A stretch of DNA of 64,000 nt from a virus. The DNA lies in the UHGV virus genome UHGV-1374671; one strand, 5' to 3'. Each line of letters starts with the position of its first letter. Within the stretch, counting starts at the first letter, position 1. Position numbers and translations under genes: made by a program. The notes under the pieces were generated by a model, which ran no database searches, was not told where the DNA came from, and worked only from the letters and a program-made list of their open reading frames with translations. Positions 19,477 to 28,700 of this stretch are shown here, piece after piece.

Positions 19477-20218
19477 AAAGACGAAACTTCACTTCACAAG
19501 GATCAGGGCCAAAGGGGAACCGTCGTTCTTCGATCCACAGACCGATATCAGGCAGCTGTTTCCTGCTGTGGCCAAAGCGGCGATCATGACGCTGCAGGAC
19601 CAGAACCCAGGGGACAAGGAACTGCAGCACGACCTGACCTACATTCACAACTGTCTCTGCATTTTCCAGATCAGGATTGCTGAGGACACCGCTCCGGTTG
19701 CCGATCAGGTTGCCGCGTTTTGCAAGGCGCTGGACAAGTGCCGCAGCTCGACCGTGTCATTGTTGAAGTCCAGATTCTTCACGATGATCATGATGCTGTT
19801 CGCGTTGTTCTGCCGGCGTGACGCCAAGGTGGATAAGGACCAGCTGTCAACCATGATGTCCATGATCCAGCTCGCACCGCTGTCCACCATGATCAGCAAG
19901 GAGCTGTTTCAGCAGGTGCAGGAGGAGCTGACGGCCAATGCTCCGGCAAAGCTGCATGACGTCTGTTATCCGGACGGGTGCAACATCATGTGCGAGGAGA
20001 CCCAACAGCAGCTCAAGGGAGCAAAAGACATTATTCGTCTTTTCGTCTCTGCTTCCGGTGACACCAGCTGGGAGGCCCTGGCTGCGGCCTGTGACGAGGC
20101 ATTTTCTACTCCGGGTATAAAATCCGACGCCCAGAACATTGCTCTGGCGTTGGCGTATCCGGATTACGAACACCCGTCCCTGTCTGTTGAAGTGGAGGCG
20201 GAGCATGACTCTCTATGA
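19469..20218 (+). CDS. Hypothetical protein
   Basis: 249-aa ORF. Confidence 0.45.
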   Translation: MSEKTKLHFTRIRAKGEPSFFDPQTDIRQLFPAVAKAAIMTLQDQNPGDKELQHDLTYIHNCLCIFQIRIAEDTAPVADQVAAFCKALDKCRSSTVSLLKSRFFTMIMMLFALFCRRDAKVDKDQLSTMMSMIQLAPLSTMISKELFQQVQEELTANAPAKLHDVCYPDGCNIMCEETQQQLKGAKDIIRLFVSASGDTSWEALAAACDEAFSTPGIKSDAQNIALALAYPDYEHPSLSVEVEAEHDSL

Positions 20219-21014
20219 CAAGTTGCAAAGACTGAAACGGATGCAGGACCTGGTGCTGTTCAAGTGGGTTTGCGGTCAGAAACGAGTGGCCAGCAATTTC
20301 ATCATGCTCAGCGATCTCAGGCTGAATACGCTTACCTGTCACGCCGGTCGCGTCGTGTTCTCCAGTGCGGCTCCTATTCTGTTCATGGAGAAAGGCAGAC
20401 CGGTGATCCAGTTCCGTGACTCGGACATCATGACTGTACTGAACGGACCAAGAAAGGGGATCAACATCCTTAGCCGTTTTTTGCAGCCTGGTGAGGAGGC
20501 TTCTGCTTGCAGATATTGCGACTGGCGTGAGGTCGTGGATTCCAGCTACTGTCCTAAGTGGTTGGAAGATAAGATCATGTCCATGGGAAACAGCCCGACG
20601 TATCCGGTCAGCAAGATCATCATGCCGGAACTGTTTCGCATCAGTAAGAAGCCGGAGACTCTGAAACCGATCTTCAGCTCCAGTTTCATCGAGGACATTG
20701 GAGGCTCCAAAACGGACTCGATGCAGGAGCTGCTGCAGAAGTTCTACAACAATTTGGACCTGTTTGGATATCACACCGACGAGGGTTATGTGATCAGCAA
20801 CGATTACATCGCCACTGGAGGATGCTGCGTAGCCGCCTCCAAGGGAATCAACGCACGTACAGGAAGCAGCGTGCACATGATGACCTTGAGAGCGTTCGCA
20901 GCGGACGTAGCCAGACGTCATTGGAGTATCCAACTGGCCAGACAAACCAAGCAATCAGGAGGCAACAACAATGGAGATGTGGAAAGATCTGATACTGTCC
21001 GTAACACCAGGTGA
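20205..21014 (+). CDS. Hypothetical protein
   Basis: ATG 20205 follows a GGAGGCGGAGC RBS, in frame within ORF 20139..21014. Confidence 0.45.
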   Translation: MTLYDKLQRLKRMQDLVLFKWVCGQKRVASNFIMLSDLRLNTLTCHAGRVVFSSAAPILFMEKGRPVIQFRDSDIMTVLNGPRKGINILSRFLQPGEEASACRYCDWREVVDSSYCPKWLEDKIMSMGNSPTYPVSKIIMPELFRISKKPETLKPIFSSSFIEDIGGSKTDSMQELLQKFYNNLDLFGYHTDEGYVISNDYIATGGCCVAASKGINARTGSSVHMMTLRAFAADVARRHWSIQLARQTKQSGGNNNGDVERSDTVRNTR

Positions 21015-21597
21015 TATCTGTTTCCTGGCTACTGCCACCACAGGACTGAATCCGGGGCCTGACAAGCTGTTGGGAGTGTCCTTGTGCAGATACAGTCCCC
21101 AGGAAGAGGCAGGGCAGACACTGCAGTTGATTCACAGCGTGGATCGGCTGCTGCTTTTGAAAGGCGAACGGTATCACAAGATATCGGAGAGCCTGATGCA
21201 GTCCGACGGACTCGATACACGGGAGTTCAGCGACCGATTCGACGAGTTCACCCAGGACTGTACGTTCCTGTCGTACAATCCGGAGTTCCAGGAGAAGTTC
21301 CTGAACACCATACTCAGGAATCCTGTCCACATCTACGATCTGCCGTTGCTGCTGCGCGGCGCGGAGACCAGGATGGTGTGGGACAGGGAAGAACTGTCGT
21401 CCCTGGACGAGATCACCAAGACGTTCTCGAAGGTGGTCGGAAAGGTTCCCAGCTTGAAGCAGTTGCTCAGACTGAACAACATGGTTGCCGAGCCGCCGTT
21501 CAACATGCTGCCTATGACCTACTTTTGCGCAGCCCTGTCCGGGCTCTGGGAGAAGTTCGACCTGATCCCTTTGGCAGTGCAAGAGTCGTTGGCTTGA
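20971..21597 (+). CDS. DnaQ/DEDD-fold exonuclease-like protein with substituted catalytic residues (probably inactive)
   Basis: Exo I position reads FLATATTGL (Ala where the acidic D-x-E is expected). Exo II-like FLSYNPEFQEKFL is present. Confidence 0.4.
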   Translation: MEMWKDLILSVTPGDICFLATATTGLNPGPDKLLGVSLCRYSPQEEAGQTLQLIHSVDRLLLLKGERYHKISESLMQSDGLDTREFSDRFDEFTQDCTFLSYNPEFQEKFLNTILRNPVHIYDLPLLLRGAETRMVWDREELSSLDEITKTFSKVVGKVPSLKQLLRLNNMVAEPPFNMLPMTYFCAALSGLWEKFDLIPLAVQESLA

Positions 21598-22072
21598 CGA
21601 GGTTGCGCATGCCTGCGGCAGCGGCCAGCAGATTGGCCCGGTTCACAAAACCGATCGCAGGCACGGCTTCCTTCGTTATGACCAGGCACTTGTTGGACTG
21701 CTTGCGGTTCAGCAACCCTGTGCTGGCGCCGGCAGGATAGTACAGCAGTACCTTTCCTCCCAGCCCGCACGGGTCGATGGCGCAGGATTTGTCGTCAGGT
21801 CCTGAGAGCTGCCATTTGGTCATGTCCACGGCAATGAATACGCCTTGCCTCTTTGTTCTTGGTGGTTTGCTGCAAGCGAGCAGGAAGCACAGGGATATCG
21901 GGGCAAGGTCTTCTATTTCCGTGTCCTTTGTCTCAAACAGAGGGCATGTCTGCAGAGTAGCGTACCGAATCACATCCGTTCCGGTTGCCTCTGTTATAAT
22001 GCTCTCAAAGTCAGCTACACGGATTCCTTTTGTGAGCTGATCCGCAAGCGTATAACACTCTAAACAATCCAT
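21512..22072 (-). CDS. Doubtful minus-strand ORF; if real, probably only the 3' ~100 codons (internal Met near 21826)
   Basis: GC3 is ~79% over 21600-21720 but ~40% over 21990-22072. Its start would lie 9 nt from the RT start. Long antisense ORFs are common in this GC-rich sequence. Confidence 0.2.
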   Translation of the reverse strand: MDCLECYTLADQLTKGIRVADFESIITEATGTDVIRYATLQTCPLFETKDTEIEDLAPISLCFLLACSKPPRTKRQGVFIAVDMTKWQLSGPDDKSCAIDPCGLGGKVLLYYPAGASTGLLNRKQSNKCLVITKEAVPAIGFVNRANLLAAAAGMRNLVKPTTLALPKGSGRTSPRARTGLRKSRS

Positions 22073-22081
22073 GAGGTCCCA

Positions 22082-23035
22082 ATGTTCGATTTTGACATGC
22101 CGCCCCTTGACTGGAGAACGGCATTTATCCCAAAAAAGTCAGGAGGGATGCGTAAGCTGCGAATCCCCAATGACGAGCTCAAGCGCGTTCAGCGCGACAT
22201 CTTAAACTACCTGTACACTGTAAAGGAGTTGAGGCCGTCAGGCTTCGCTCACGGCTTTGTTCCGTTCAGAAGTACCTGTACAGGAGCCATGCGACATGAT
22301 AGAAAGGCCGAGGTCATCCTGTGTATGGACGTACAGGATTTCTTTGACAACTTCCCGGTGGAACCGGTAAGGCAGGCCTTGCTGAATGCCCATATCGGTC
22401 GGGTTCTCACTGACAAGATCATCACAGCCTGCACCTGTGACGGGTCCTTTCCGCAAGGTGGACCGTGCAGTCCGTACCTGACCAACATCGGCATGAAGGA
22501 AGTGGACTTGTTGATCTCCGCGTATGCGGCCAACAACGGGTTCAATTACTCAAGGTATGCCGATGACATCGCCCTCAGTCGTGATCCGCATACGACAGTT
22601 CCAGAGAAGCGCAACTACAAGCACATTTTCTTCGGAGTCGAAAAGATTCTGAAGGAACGACTGGGGCTTCACCTGAAGCACAAGAAAGATCACACGATCT
22701 GGCTTCACAGCAAGAAGGCGCCCAGACGTATCACAGGTGTGGTGATCCGGAAAGACGGCACAGGCTACAACGCTCCGATGAAGATGCGCAAGCTGGGCCG
22801 TGCCATGTTGCACCGTCTGTATCAGAGAATCTCGGACCGCAACGGTGTGGTGCTGGATTCGGACTGGGCGGACTGGAGAAAGGTGCTGGGCTATGTCCAG
22901 TATTTCGACCGTATCCGTGCTTACAGCGAACCGGAGTCCGCCACTGCGGATCCCAAGATACCGGAGAATCAATTCAACTATATGGCAGCCAGATTTGGCA
23001 TGAAGAGGAGAACAAACAATGAAAACATACAGTGA
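22082..23035 (+). CDS. Reverse transcriptase, retron-like (317 aa, RT domain only)
   Basis: RT motifs IPKKSGGMRKLRIP (1/2), ILCMDVQDFF (A), FPQGGPCSPYLTN (B'), YSRYADDIALS (C, YADD). Downstream RRITGVVIR resembles the retron VTG motif, and LLNAHIG is near the retron NAxxH. GAGGT RBS. Confidence 0.8.
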   Translation: MFDFDMPPLDWRTAFIPKKSGGMRKLRIPNDELKRVQRDILNYLYTVKELRPSGFAHGFVPFRSTCTGAMRHDRKAEVILCMDVQDFFDNFPVEPVRQALLNAHIGRVLTDKIITACTCDGSFPQGGPCSPYLTNIGMKEVDLLISAYAANNGFNYSRYADDIALSRDPHTTVPEKRNYKHIFFGVEKILKERLGLHLKHKKDHTIWLHSKKAPRRITGVVIRKDGTGYNAPMKMRKLGRAMLHRLYQRISDRNGVVLDSDWADWRKVLGYVQYFDRIRAYSEPESATADPKIPENQFNYMAARFGMKRRTNNENIQ

Positions 23036-24992
23036 ACTCCTGCAGGAAGCCTGGGACGCCGACCGGGACTACTACGTCCTGGACAAGCCCACGCTCACCG
23101 ACGAGGAGTACGACAAACTCATTCGCAGCATAGAGGCCTATGAGATGCAGCACCCGGACGAGATCGATCCCAACAGCCCGACTCAGCGCATCGGCGGCAA
23201 GGTCTCAGGCGCGTTCCAGAAGGTAAAGCATCCGCAGAAGATGTTAAGCCTGAACAACGCGTTCACGCTGACAGAGCTTCAGCTGTTCGCCACCAAGGCC
23301 AACAGGACGGCGCCAGATGGTGTGACGTTCCTGGTGGAGCCGAAGCTGGACGGGCTCACGTTGGTCTGCTTCTACGAGGAAGGAAAGCTGATCAGGGCGG
23401 TAACCCGTGGCAACGGCGTAGAAGGAGAGGACGTCACCGCGACAGCCAGGACGATCCGCAATCTTCCGTTGACAGTTCCGTATGCCGAATCGTTCCAGGT
23501 GCGCGGCGAGTGCGTCATGCCCATCCAGGTGTTCATGGAGCTGAATGCGAAACTGACGGACGCCGGTGAGGAACCGTTCGCCAATCCCAGGAACGCGGCT
23601 GCCGGCAGCATTCGGCAGAAGGATCCGGCATTGGCTGCCGAGCGCAGGTTGTCCGTGTGCTTCTACGATCTCATCAACGGACCGGCAGACCGGATTTATA
23701 CTGAATCCGACAAGCTGGACTGGATGGAGGAGATCGGACTGCCCACCGTGAGATCAGCGTCCGAGGCGTTCGAGGACATCGAGGGCGCCTTCGAGTTCTG
23801 CACCCAGTGTGGAAAGGTTCGCTCCGATATGCCTATCGAAATCGACGGCATGGTTATCAAGGTGAATCGCATCTTCGTACAGGACAAGATGGGAGTCGGA
23901 ACCAAGTTCCCGAACTGGGCCGTGGCTTATAAGTTCCCTGCGGAGCACAAGGCGACCAGCCTGACCTCAGTCGAGTGGCAGGTGGGGCGCACCGGAAAGG
24001 TGACTCCCGTGGCAGTGGTGGACGCCGTCAACATGAACGGCATCTTGCTCACTCACGCCAGCCTTCACAACCCGGCCTACATTGAAGCCCTGGACCTTCG
24101 TATCGGGGACAAGGTGACGGTGTACAAGGCGGCTGAGATCATCCCGCAGGTAGGCACGGTACTGGAACACGGCGACGGGCAGAAGGTGAAGATCGCGGAT
24201 CAGTGTCCCAGCTGCGGAACCAAACTGGTGCAGGACGGTGCCGATCTCATGTGCACGAATCCGAAGTGCATTGGACGCCTGGTCACCTGGCTGTACTATT
24301 TCGGAGCCAGGGCCAACATGTACATCAAGGGTCTCGGTGTTGCCGTTATCAAGCAGCTGGTGGACTCAGGTATGTGCAAGGATCCTGCAGATCTGTACGC
24401 GCTGACCAGGGATCAGCTGCTGAAGCTGGACGGGTTCAGCGACAAGAAAGCTGACTCGCTGCTGGCCTCCATCCAGGAGTCCAAGGCGCGTCCGTACCAC
24501 AGAGTGCTCGCATCCCTGGGCATCGAGATGCTGGGCGATTCCACTGCCGTTGACGTGGCTGCCCAATTTCCCACCATGGAGGCCCTTCTGGCTGCGACTG
24601 TGTCCGACCTGATGGAAATACCTGGGATCGCACAAAAGACAGCCACAGCGATCTATGCGGGCCTGCATGACGATTCCATGGAGGACATCATAACCAGACT
24701 CGGAAAACAGGGTCTGTCGATGGTCAGCGAGTCGTCCAAGGAGCCGCAGACGCTGTCCGGGCTTTCCATCTGCATCACCGGAACTCTCACCAGGGATCGT
24801 GATTCCTACAAGGACGAGATCCAGTCGCATGGTGGAAAATTCGCAACCTCGGTGTCATCCAAGACCAGCTACCTGGTCGTAGGCGAGAACGTTGGTGAAA
24901 CAAAACTGACAAAAGCAAGGAAGCTCGGCATCCCGATGATATCGGAGGACCAGCTTCAGGAGTTGATCAAACATGGAAAACAACAAAATTGA
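23019..24992 (+). CDS. ligA: NAD-dependent DNA ligase
   Basis: LigA N-terminal Ia domain; adenylation KxDG (EPKLDGL); OB, Zn, HhH and C-terminal BRCT-like regions. 657 aa. Confidence 0.85.
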   Translation: MKTYSELLQEAWDADRDYYVLDKPTLTDEEYDKLIRSIEAYEMQHPDEIDPNSPTQRIGGKVSGAFQKVKHPQKMLSLNNAFTLTELQLFATKANRTAPDGVTFLVEPKLDGLTLVCFYEEGKLIRAVTRGNGVEGEDVTATARTIRNLPLTVPYAESFQVRGECVMPIQVFMELNAKLTDAGEEPFANPRNAAAGSIRQKDPALAAERRLSVCFYDLINGPADRIYTESDKLDWMEEIGLPTVRSASEAFEDIEGAFEFCTQCGKVRSDMPIEIDGMVIKVNRIFVQDKMGVGTKFPNWAVAYKFPAEHKATSLTSVEWQVGRTGKVTPVAVVDAVNMNGILLTHASLHNPAYIEALDLRIGDKVTVYKAAEIIPQVGTVLEHGDGQKVKIADQCPSCGTKLVQDGADLMCTNPKCIGRLVTWLYYFGARANMYIKGLGVAVIKQLVDSGMCKDPADLYALTRDQLLKLDGFSDKKADSLLASIQESKARPYHRVLASLGIEMLGDSTAVDVAAQFPTMEALLAATVSDLMEIPGIAQKTATAIYAGLHDDSMEDIITRLGKQGLSMVSESSKEPQTLSGLSICITGTLTRDRDSYKDEIQSHGGKFATSVSSKTSYLVVGENVGETKLTKARKLGIPMISEDQLQELIKHGKQQN

Positions 24993-25956
24993 ACTGGACG
25001 ACATCACGCCGGCCTCGTTCGCGCATCTGATCGAGCGACGTGACGACATCCTCCTTCAGCACGGAGGTGTGGTTACCCGCATGTATTTCGACAAGGTCGA
25101 GCTGATGGATCTGGACGCTTTCCTTCAGCAGGAGGTGCCCAGGCTGAAGCGACAGCAGCAGGAGCTCACGATCATACGTGACTCCGTCAGCAAATCCGTC
25201 AGCCTGATTACCGGAGACCAGGTGATCAAGTACCACCTCACGAACATGGAGGAGTGCTTCGCGGACGAGCTGGCCAAGCTGATCAAGGTGGATGAGGTGA
25301 AGACGTTCATCCCGGACATTCACTATCCGTTGATCGGGTATGTGGACAAGGCCGATTACAAGGTGATAACTGTTCTTATCGAGAACAAATCGTTCACGTA
25401 CAGAACCAAGATGTTCGGCGGCGATCAGAAGGAATACGCCACGCGTGTTCACCTTCCACCGATATGGCTGGCTGTCCGCGTCAACAGGGCCGGTACGGTT
25501 CTCGGGGCCAGGATCGCTGCAGTACCGGAGAAGTCGTTGAAGACGGAGGACACGGTGCTGTACCGGCTCCCGCTTCCGAACATACACGTCAACGGAGAAC
25601 TGTGTCTTGGCACAGCTGCAGTAAAGGACGCATTTGCGCACGTGGAGCAGCCTACTGATGGCATGATTATTCAGGTCGTTGTTGATCAGATCTTCAACAG
25701 TCTGTGGAACTATGACCTTATAGATCGCGATCTCGCCGAAGTGGTGAATGACGCCTACAGGAAAGCGCGTGTCAACAACCGTGACGCGTTCGACTCGTTT
25801 ATTTCATATGCTGCTGGTAACCAGGCTGTTGCGATGCAGATCCGTATTGTTGGAATCCTGACCGATCCCAATGGTTGGAAGTTATTGAAGTACCGCAAGA
25901 TGAACAAATACGGCGGTGGAGACAGGATGCCTGTTACGCAGTTTCTGGAGGGCTGA
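24973..25956 (+). CDS. E2 (UBC)-like ubiquitin-conjugating enzyme homolog
   Basis: Active-site signature LPNIHVNGELCLG (cf. eukaryotic HPNIxxNGxICL) with a candidate catalytic Cys. Start overlaps the ligA stop. Confidence 0.6.
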   Translation: MENNKIELDDITPASFAHLIERRDDILLQHGGVVTRMYFDKVELMDLDAFLQQEVPRLKRQQQELTIIRDSVSKSVSLITGDQVIKYHLTNMEECFADELAKLIKVDEVKTFIPDIHYPLIGYVDKADYKVITVLIENKSFTYRTKMFGGDQKEYATRVHLPPIWLAVRVNRAGTVLGARIAAVPEKSLKTEDTVLYRLPLPNIHVNGELCLGTAAVKDAFAHVEQPTDGMIIQVVVDQIFNSLWNYDLIDRDLAEVVNDAYRKARVNNRDAFDSFISYAAGNQAVAMQIRIVGILTDPNGWKLLKYRKMNKYGGGDRMPVTQFLEG

Positions 25957-25959
25957 CAG

Positions 25960-26199
25960 ATGCGGGAACCCTTGTTTAAAAGGAAGCGGCCGATCAGGGT
26001 CGTCCTGCAGCGCGCCCCGTATTACGGGTACGCTCCGATCGGCAAAGAGGGGAACAGCGGAATGAACGCGTTCAACGCAGCCTTCGAGCAGGCTGTGAAA
26101 GCCACCAAGATGACGGTGATGGCCAACGCCATGAAACAAATCCAAAAAGAGGCCGAGCATGTAGACTCGGATCTCGATATCCGAACAATTGAGGTGTAA
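25960..26199 (+). CDS. Small hypothetical protein within the Ubl module
   Basis: 79-aa ORF tightly packed between the E2-like and JAB genes. Confidence 0.4.
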   Translation: MREPLFKRKRPIRVVLQRAPYYGYAPIGKEGNSGMNAFNAAFEQAVKATKMTVMANAMKQIQKEAEHVDSDLDIRTIEV

Positions 26200-27355
26200 G
26201 ATGAGAAGTTATCTGATTGGGAGCGACAGGTGTCTTGTGCACACCAAATCTCCCATGCTGGAAGGGTGGGAGCCTTGCAAGGACCTGGAGGTCATCAAGG
26301 CGTTCGCCCCCAAGTGCAACCCCAAGTACCAGCCTGGGATGGTCTGGGTAGGCAGCAAGATGCCGTCCGAGCTCTTCCAGAAGGTGCTTGGCACGTTTGC
26401 GCAGTTCCCGAAGATGGAAACAGCGTACTCGATCTATTACCGGCTCAGCGACAGAAGCTGGCACATTAAAGTTCCTTCCCAGTGCGGGGCAGGGGCGTCC
26501 GTGCAGTTCGAGGACAAGGGGGATGGCGTACCGGCAGGCTATGCTCTGATCGGGTCCATTCATACGCATCCAGAAATGGGTGCGTTCTGGAGCGGTACCG
26601 ACATGAACGACCAGAAAAGCAAGTACGGGCTGCATATGGTATTCGGTCTCAAGGACGGAAAGGTGGCTCATCACAAGTGCTCCATCTTCACTCCCACGGA
26701 CAAGTATGACCAGGAGATCTGGAACGTGGTCGAGGAAACCGACTTGGACGCCGACTATGAAGCTCCCCCGGAGTGGGTCGAGAAGATCAGGGCCCAGGAT
26801 TACAAGCCGGTGAGGCAGTCCTGGGTGCAGCCTCTTCCGTACGACGTTTCCGGCAAGTACAGGTCTCCGGGTCAGTTTATGCGACCCCGTTACAACGTCC
26901 TCAGGCCTGTCACGTACACCTGGGATGCCGGCAGCGGCTGGCACAAGAATGATCCAGACGTGGCACAGCCCACTTGGGAAGCCGGCACTTTCTCTTATCA
27001 TGAGCCTGACGTCAATGCCCAGGAGCAAGTGTCCGACGCTGTTCTGAAAGCGCGTAAGGAATTTGAGAACGCACTGGACGTCCTTGTATGCGAGGCCGAC
27101 TCCGAATACGTTCAGGAACTTCTGGACAGCTACGGGTTCTCCACGATGGACATGGAAACCGGCGCCATTGCCGGCGACGACGAGGACATCTCCTGGGAGG
27201 AGTCCCTGGACGAAGCTCTGGCAGTGGCTGCGGAGTTCGCCGACGCGGACCCCAACCCGGAGACCAGGGATACTATGCGGGCCATCCTGCAGAAGTACGG
27301 GTTTGTCAGTGTCCATGCTCTGGATGAACAGGAAGAGGAGGCTCCATCATGCTGA
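26189..27355 (+). CDS. JAB/MPN (JAMM) metallopeptidase, deubiquitinase-like
   Basis: JAMM motif HTHPEMGAFWSGTD (HxHx7Sx2D). Confidence 0.7.
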   Translation: MRCKMRSYLIGSDRCLVHTKSPMLEGWEPCKDLEVIKAFAPKCNPKYQPGMVWVGSKMPSELFQKVLGTFAQFPKMETAYSIYYRLSDRSWHIKVPSQCGAGASVQFEDKGDGVPAGYALIGSIHTHPEMGAFWSGTDMNDQKSKYGLHMVFGLKDGKVAHHKCSIFTPTDKYDQEIWNVVEETDLDADYEAPPEWVEKIRAQDYKPVRQSWVQPLPYDVSGKYRSPGQFMRPRYNVLRPVTYTWDAGSGWHKNDPDVAQPTWEAGTFSYHEPDVNAQEQVSDAVLKARKEFENALDVLVCEADSEYVQELLDSYGFSTMDMETGAIAGDDEDISWEESLDEALAVAAEFADADPNPETRDTMRAILQKYGFVSVHALDEQEEEAPSC

Positions 27356-28245
27356 ACATCTATGTGATCGGCTGTGGAGGCATCGGAGGGTACCTGACTG
27401 AGATGCTGCCGATGGCGATCGCCAGTCTGTCCCTGGACATTCTCCAGAGCAAGGGCATGTCCATTCAGGCGTACTTGGACAAGGCCGGCAACATCGCACT
27501 GCCTTGTGTCGCTGACCGGCTCACTCTGGTAGACGGGGATATCTTCAACGCCAGGAACTCCCTGCGACAGGGAGCAGGCGCCGGCAGCAAATTGGCCCAG
27601 CGAATGCAGGACATCCAGCACTCCGTGGTCAGGCTCAGCTATCTGCAGAACATGAAGCTAGTCGGGTATAACGCCTATGTGAACCCGGCCAACATGTCAC
27701 AGATCATACCTGAGCATCCGGAAATCAACCCGGACAACGCGGACGCCGCCATGAAGTACGGTAGCGATAGGCCTGCAGACTGTCCGAGACTGTTGGACAA
27801 CTCGGTAGTGTTCCTGTGCGTGGACAACCTCAAGACCAGGTACGAGGTTTCCAAGTACATGGAAAACTTCCAGAACTGCCTTGTCATCAATGGCGGGAAT
27901 GAGAAGACCTCAGGACACGTCACTCTCTATGAGCGCCGGAACGGGGAAGCACTTGATCCCAACATCTACGACGTGTATCCCAACATCACACCGGACGCGG
28001 ACAAGCGTCCCGACGAGGAGGCATGCACCGAGATGTCTCCCAAACACGATCAGATTGCGGTGACGAACAGCATCGTCGCCAACATCATGATAGCCAGCTT
28101 CAACCGGTGGGCCAGATCAGGACTGACCCAGACGGAGGGAACCGGCGAAAGAAAGCGCACGGTGCGCAAAAACGAGGTGATCATTGACACTGACAGGATG
28201 TCCATGATTTCCGTGTATCACCCGCTGGGAACGCCCAGCAAGTAA
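27349..28245 (+). CDS. E1-like (ThiF/MoeB/UBA family) activating enzyme
   Basis: Rossmann IGCGGIGG; adenylation motif LTLVDGDIFNARNSLRQ; candidate catalytic Cys in LCVDNLKTR. Start overlaps the JAB stop. Confidence 0.7.
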   Translation: MLNIYVIGCGGIGGYLTEMLPMAIASLSLDILQSKGMSIQAYLDKAGNIALPCVADRLTLVDGDIFNARNSLRQGAGAGSKLAQRMQDIQHSVVRLSYLQNMKLVGYNAYVNPANMSQIIPEHPEINPDNADAAMKYGSDRPADCPRLLDNSVVFLCVDNLKTRYEVSKYMENFQNCLVINGGNEKTSGHVTLYERRNGEALDPNIYDVYPNITPDADKRPDEEACTEMSPKHDQIAVTNSIVANIMIASFNRWARSGLTQTEGTGERKRTVRKNEVIIDTDRMSMISVYHPLGTPSK

Positions 28246-28271
28246 CCAGGCAAACGAAAGGAAAAACAATC

Positions 28272-28700
28272 ATGCCTACCACCCTGTTCAACGTCTATTC
28301 CGACCGTACCCGTGACATCCAGCTGAATCCCGGCACCACTGTCGGGCAGCTTCGTCGCATTCTCAAGGAGGGCGGATACGACGTCGTCGAAGCAACCGCC
28401 CACGTGGATCGTGCCGACGGCAGCGTCCTGCATGGCTACGTGGACAACTACGTACTCAAGGAGGGCGATGGCGTTCGCTTCAACACCGTCGTTCATGAGT
28501 ACCCCGCCGAGGACTACCTCCAGAAGCAGGAGGAAGCCCGCAAGGCGGCTCATGCCTGCACCTGCCACGAGTGCAAGTGCGACGCCGCCGAGCAGTCCGT
28601 CAGCGTCGATACGCTGAAGTCCGGTGACCGCACCATTGTCGTCGGCAAGGCCAAGATCACCATGAACGGTGATACGGTCACCATCGTTATCGGCAAGTAA
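28272..28700 (+). CDS. Ubiquitin-like (beta-grasp) domain protein
   Basis: The N-terminal ~75 aa follow a ubiquitin-like hydrophobic pattern. No C-terminal GG; the C-terminal half is Cys-rich. Immediately downstream of the E1-like gene. Confidence 0.4.
   Translation: MPTTLFNVYSDRTRDIQLNPGTTVGQLRRILKEGGYDVVEATAHVDRADGSVLHGYVDNYVLKEGDGVRFNTVVHEYPAEDYLQKQEEARKAAHACTCHECKCDAAEQSVSVDTLKSGDRTIVVGKAKITMNGDTVTIVIGK

Noticed and set aside
22082-23035. Diversity-generating retroelement (DGR) interpretation of the RT
   Set aside because: Motif B' is QGGPCSP (standard), not the DGR-type SQ variant. No template/variable repeat pair was noticed. It cannot be fully excluded without a repeat search.
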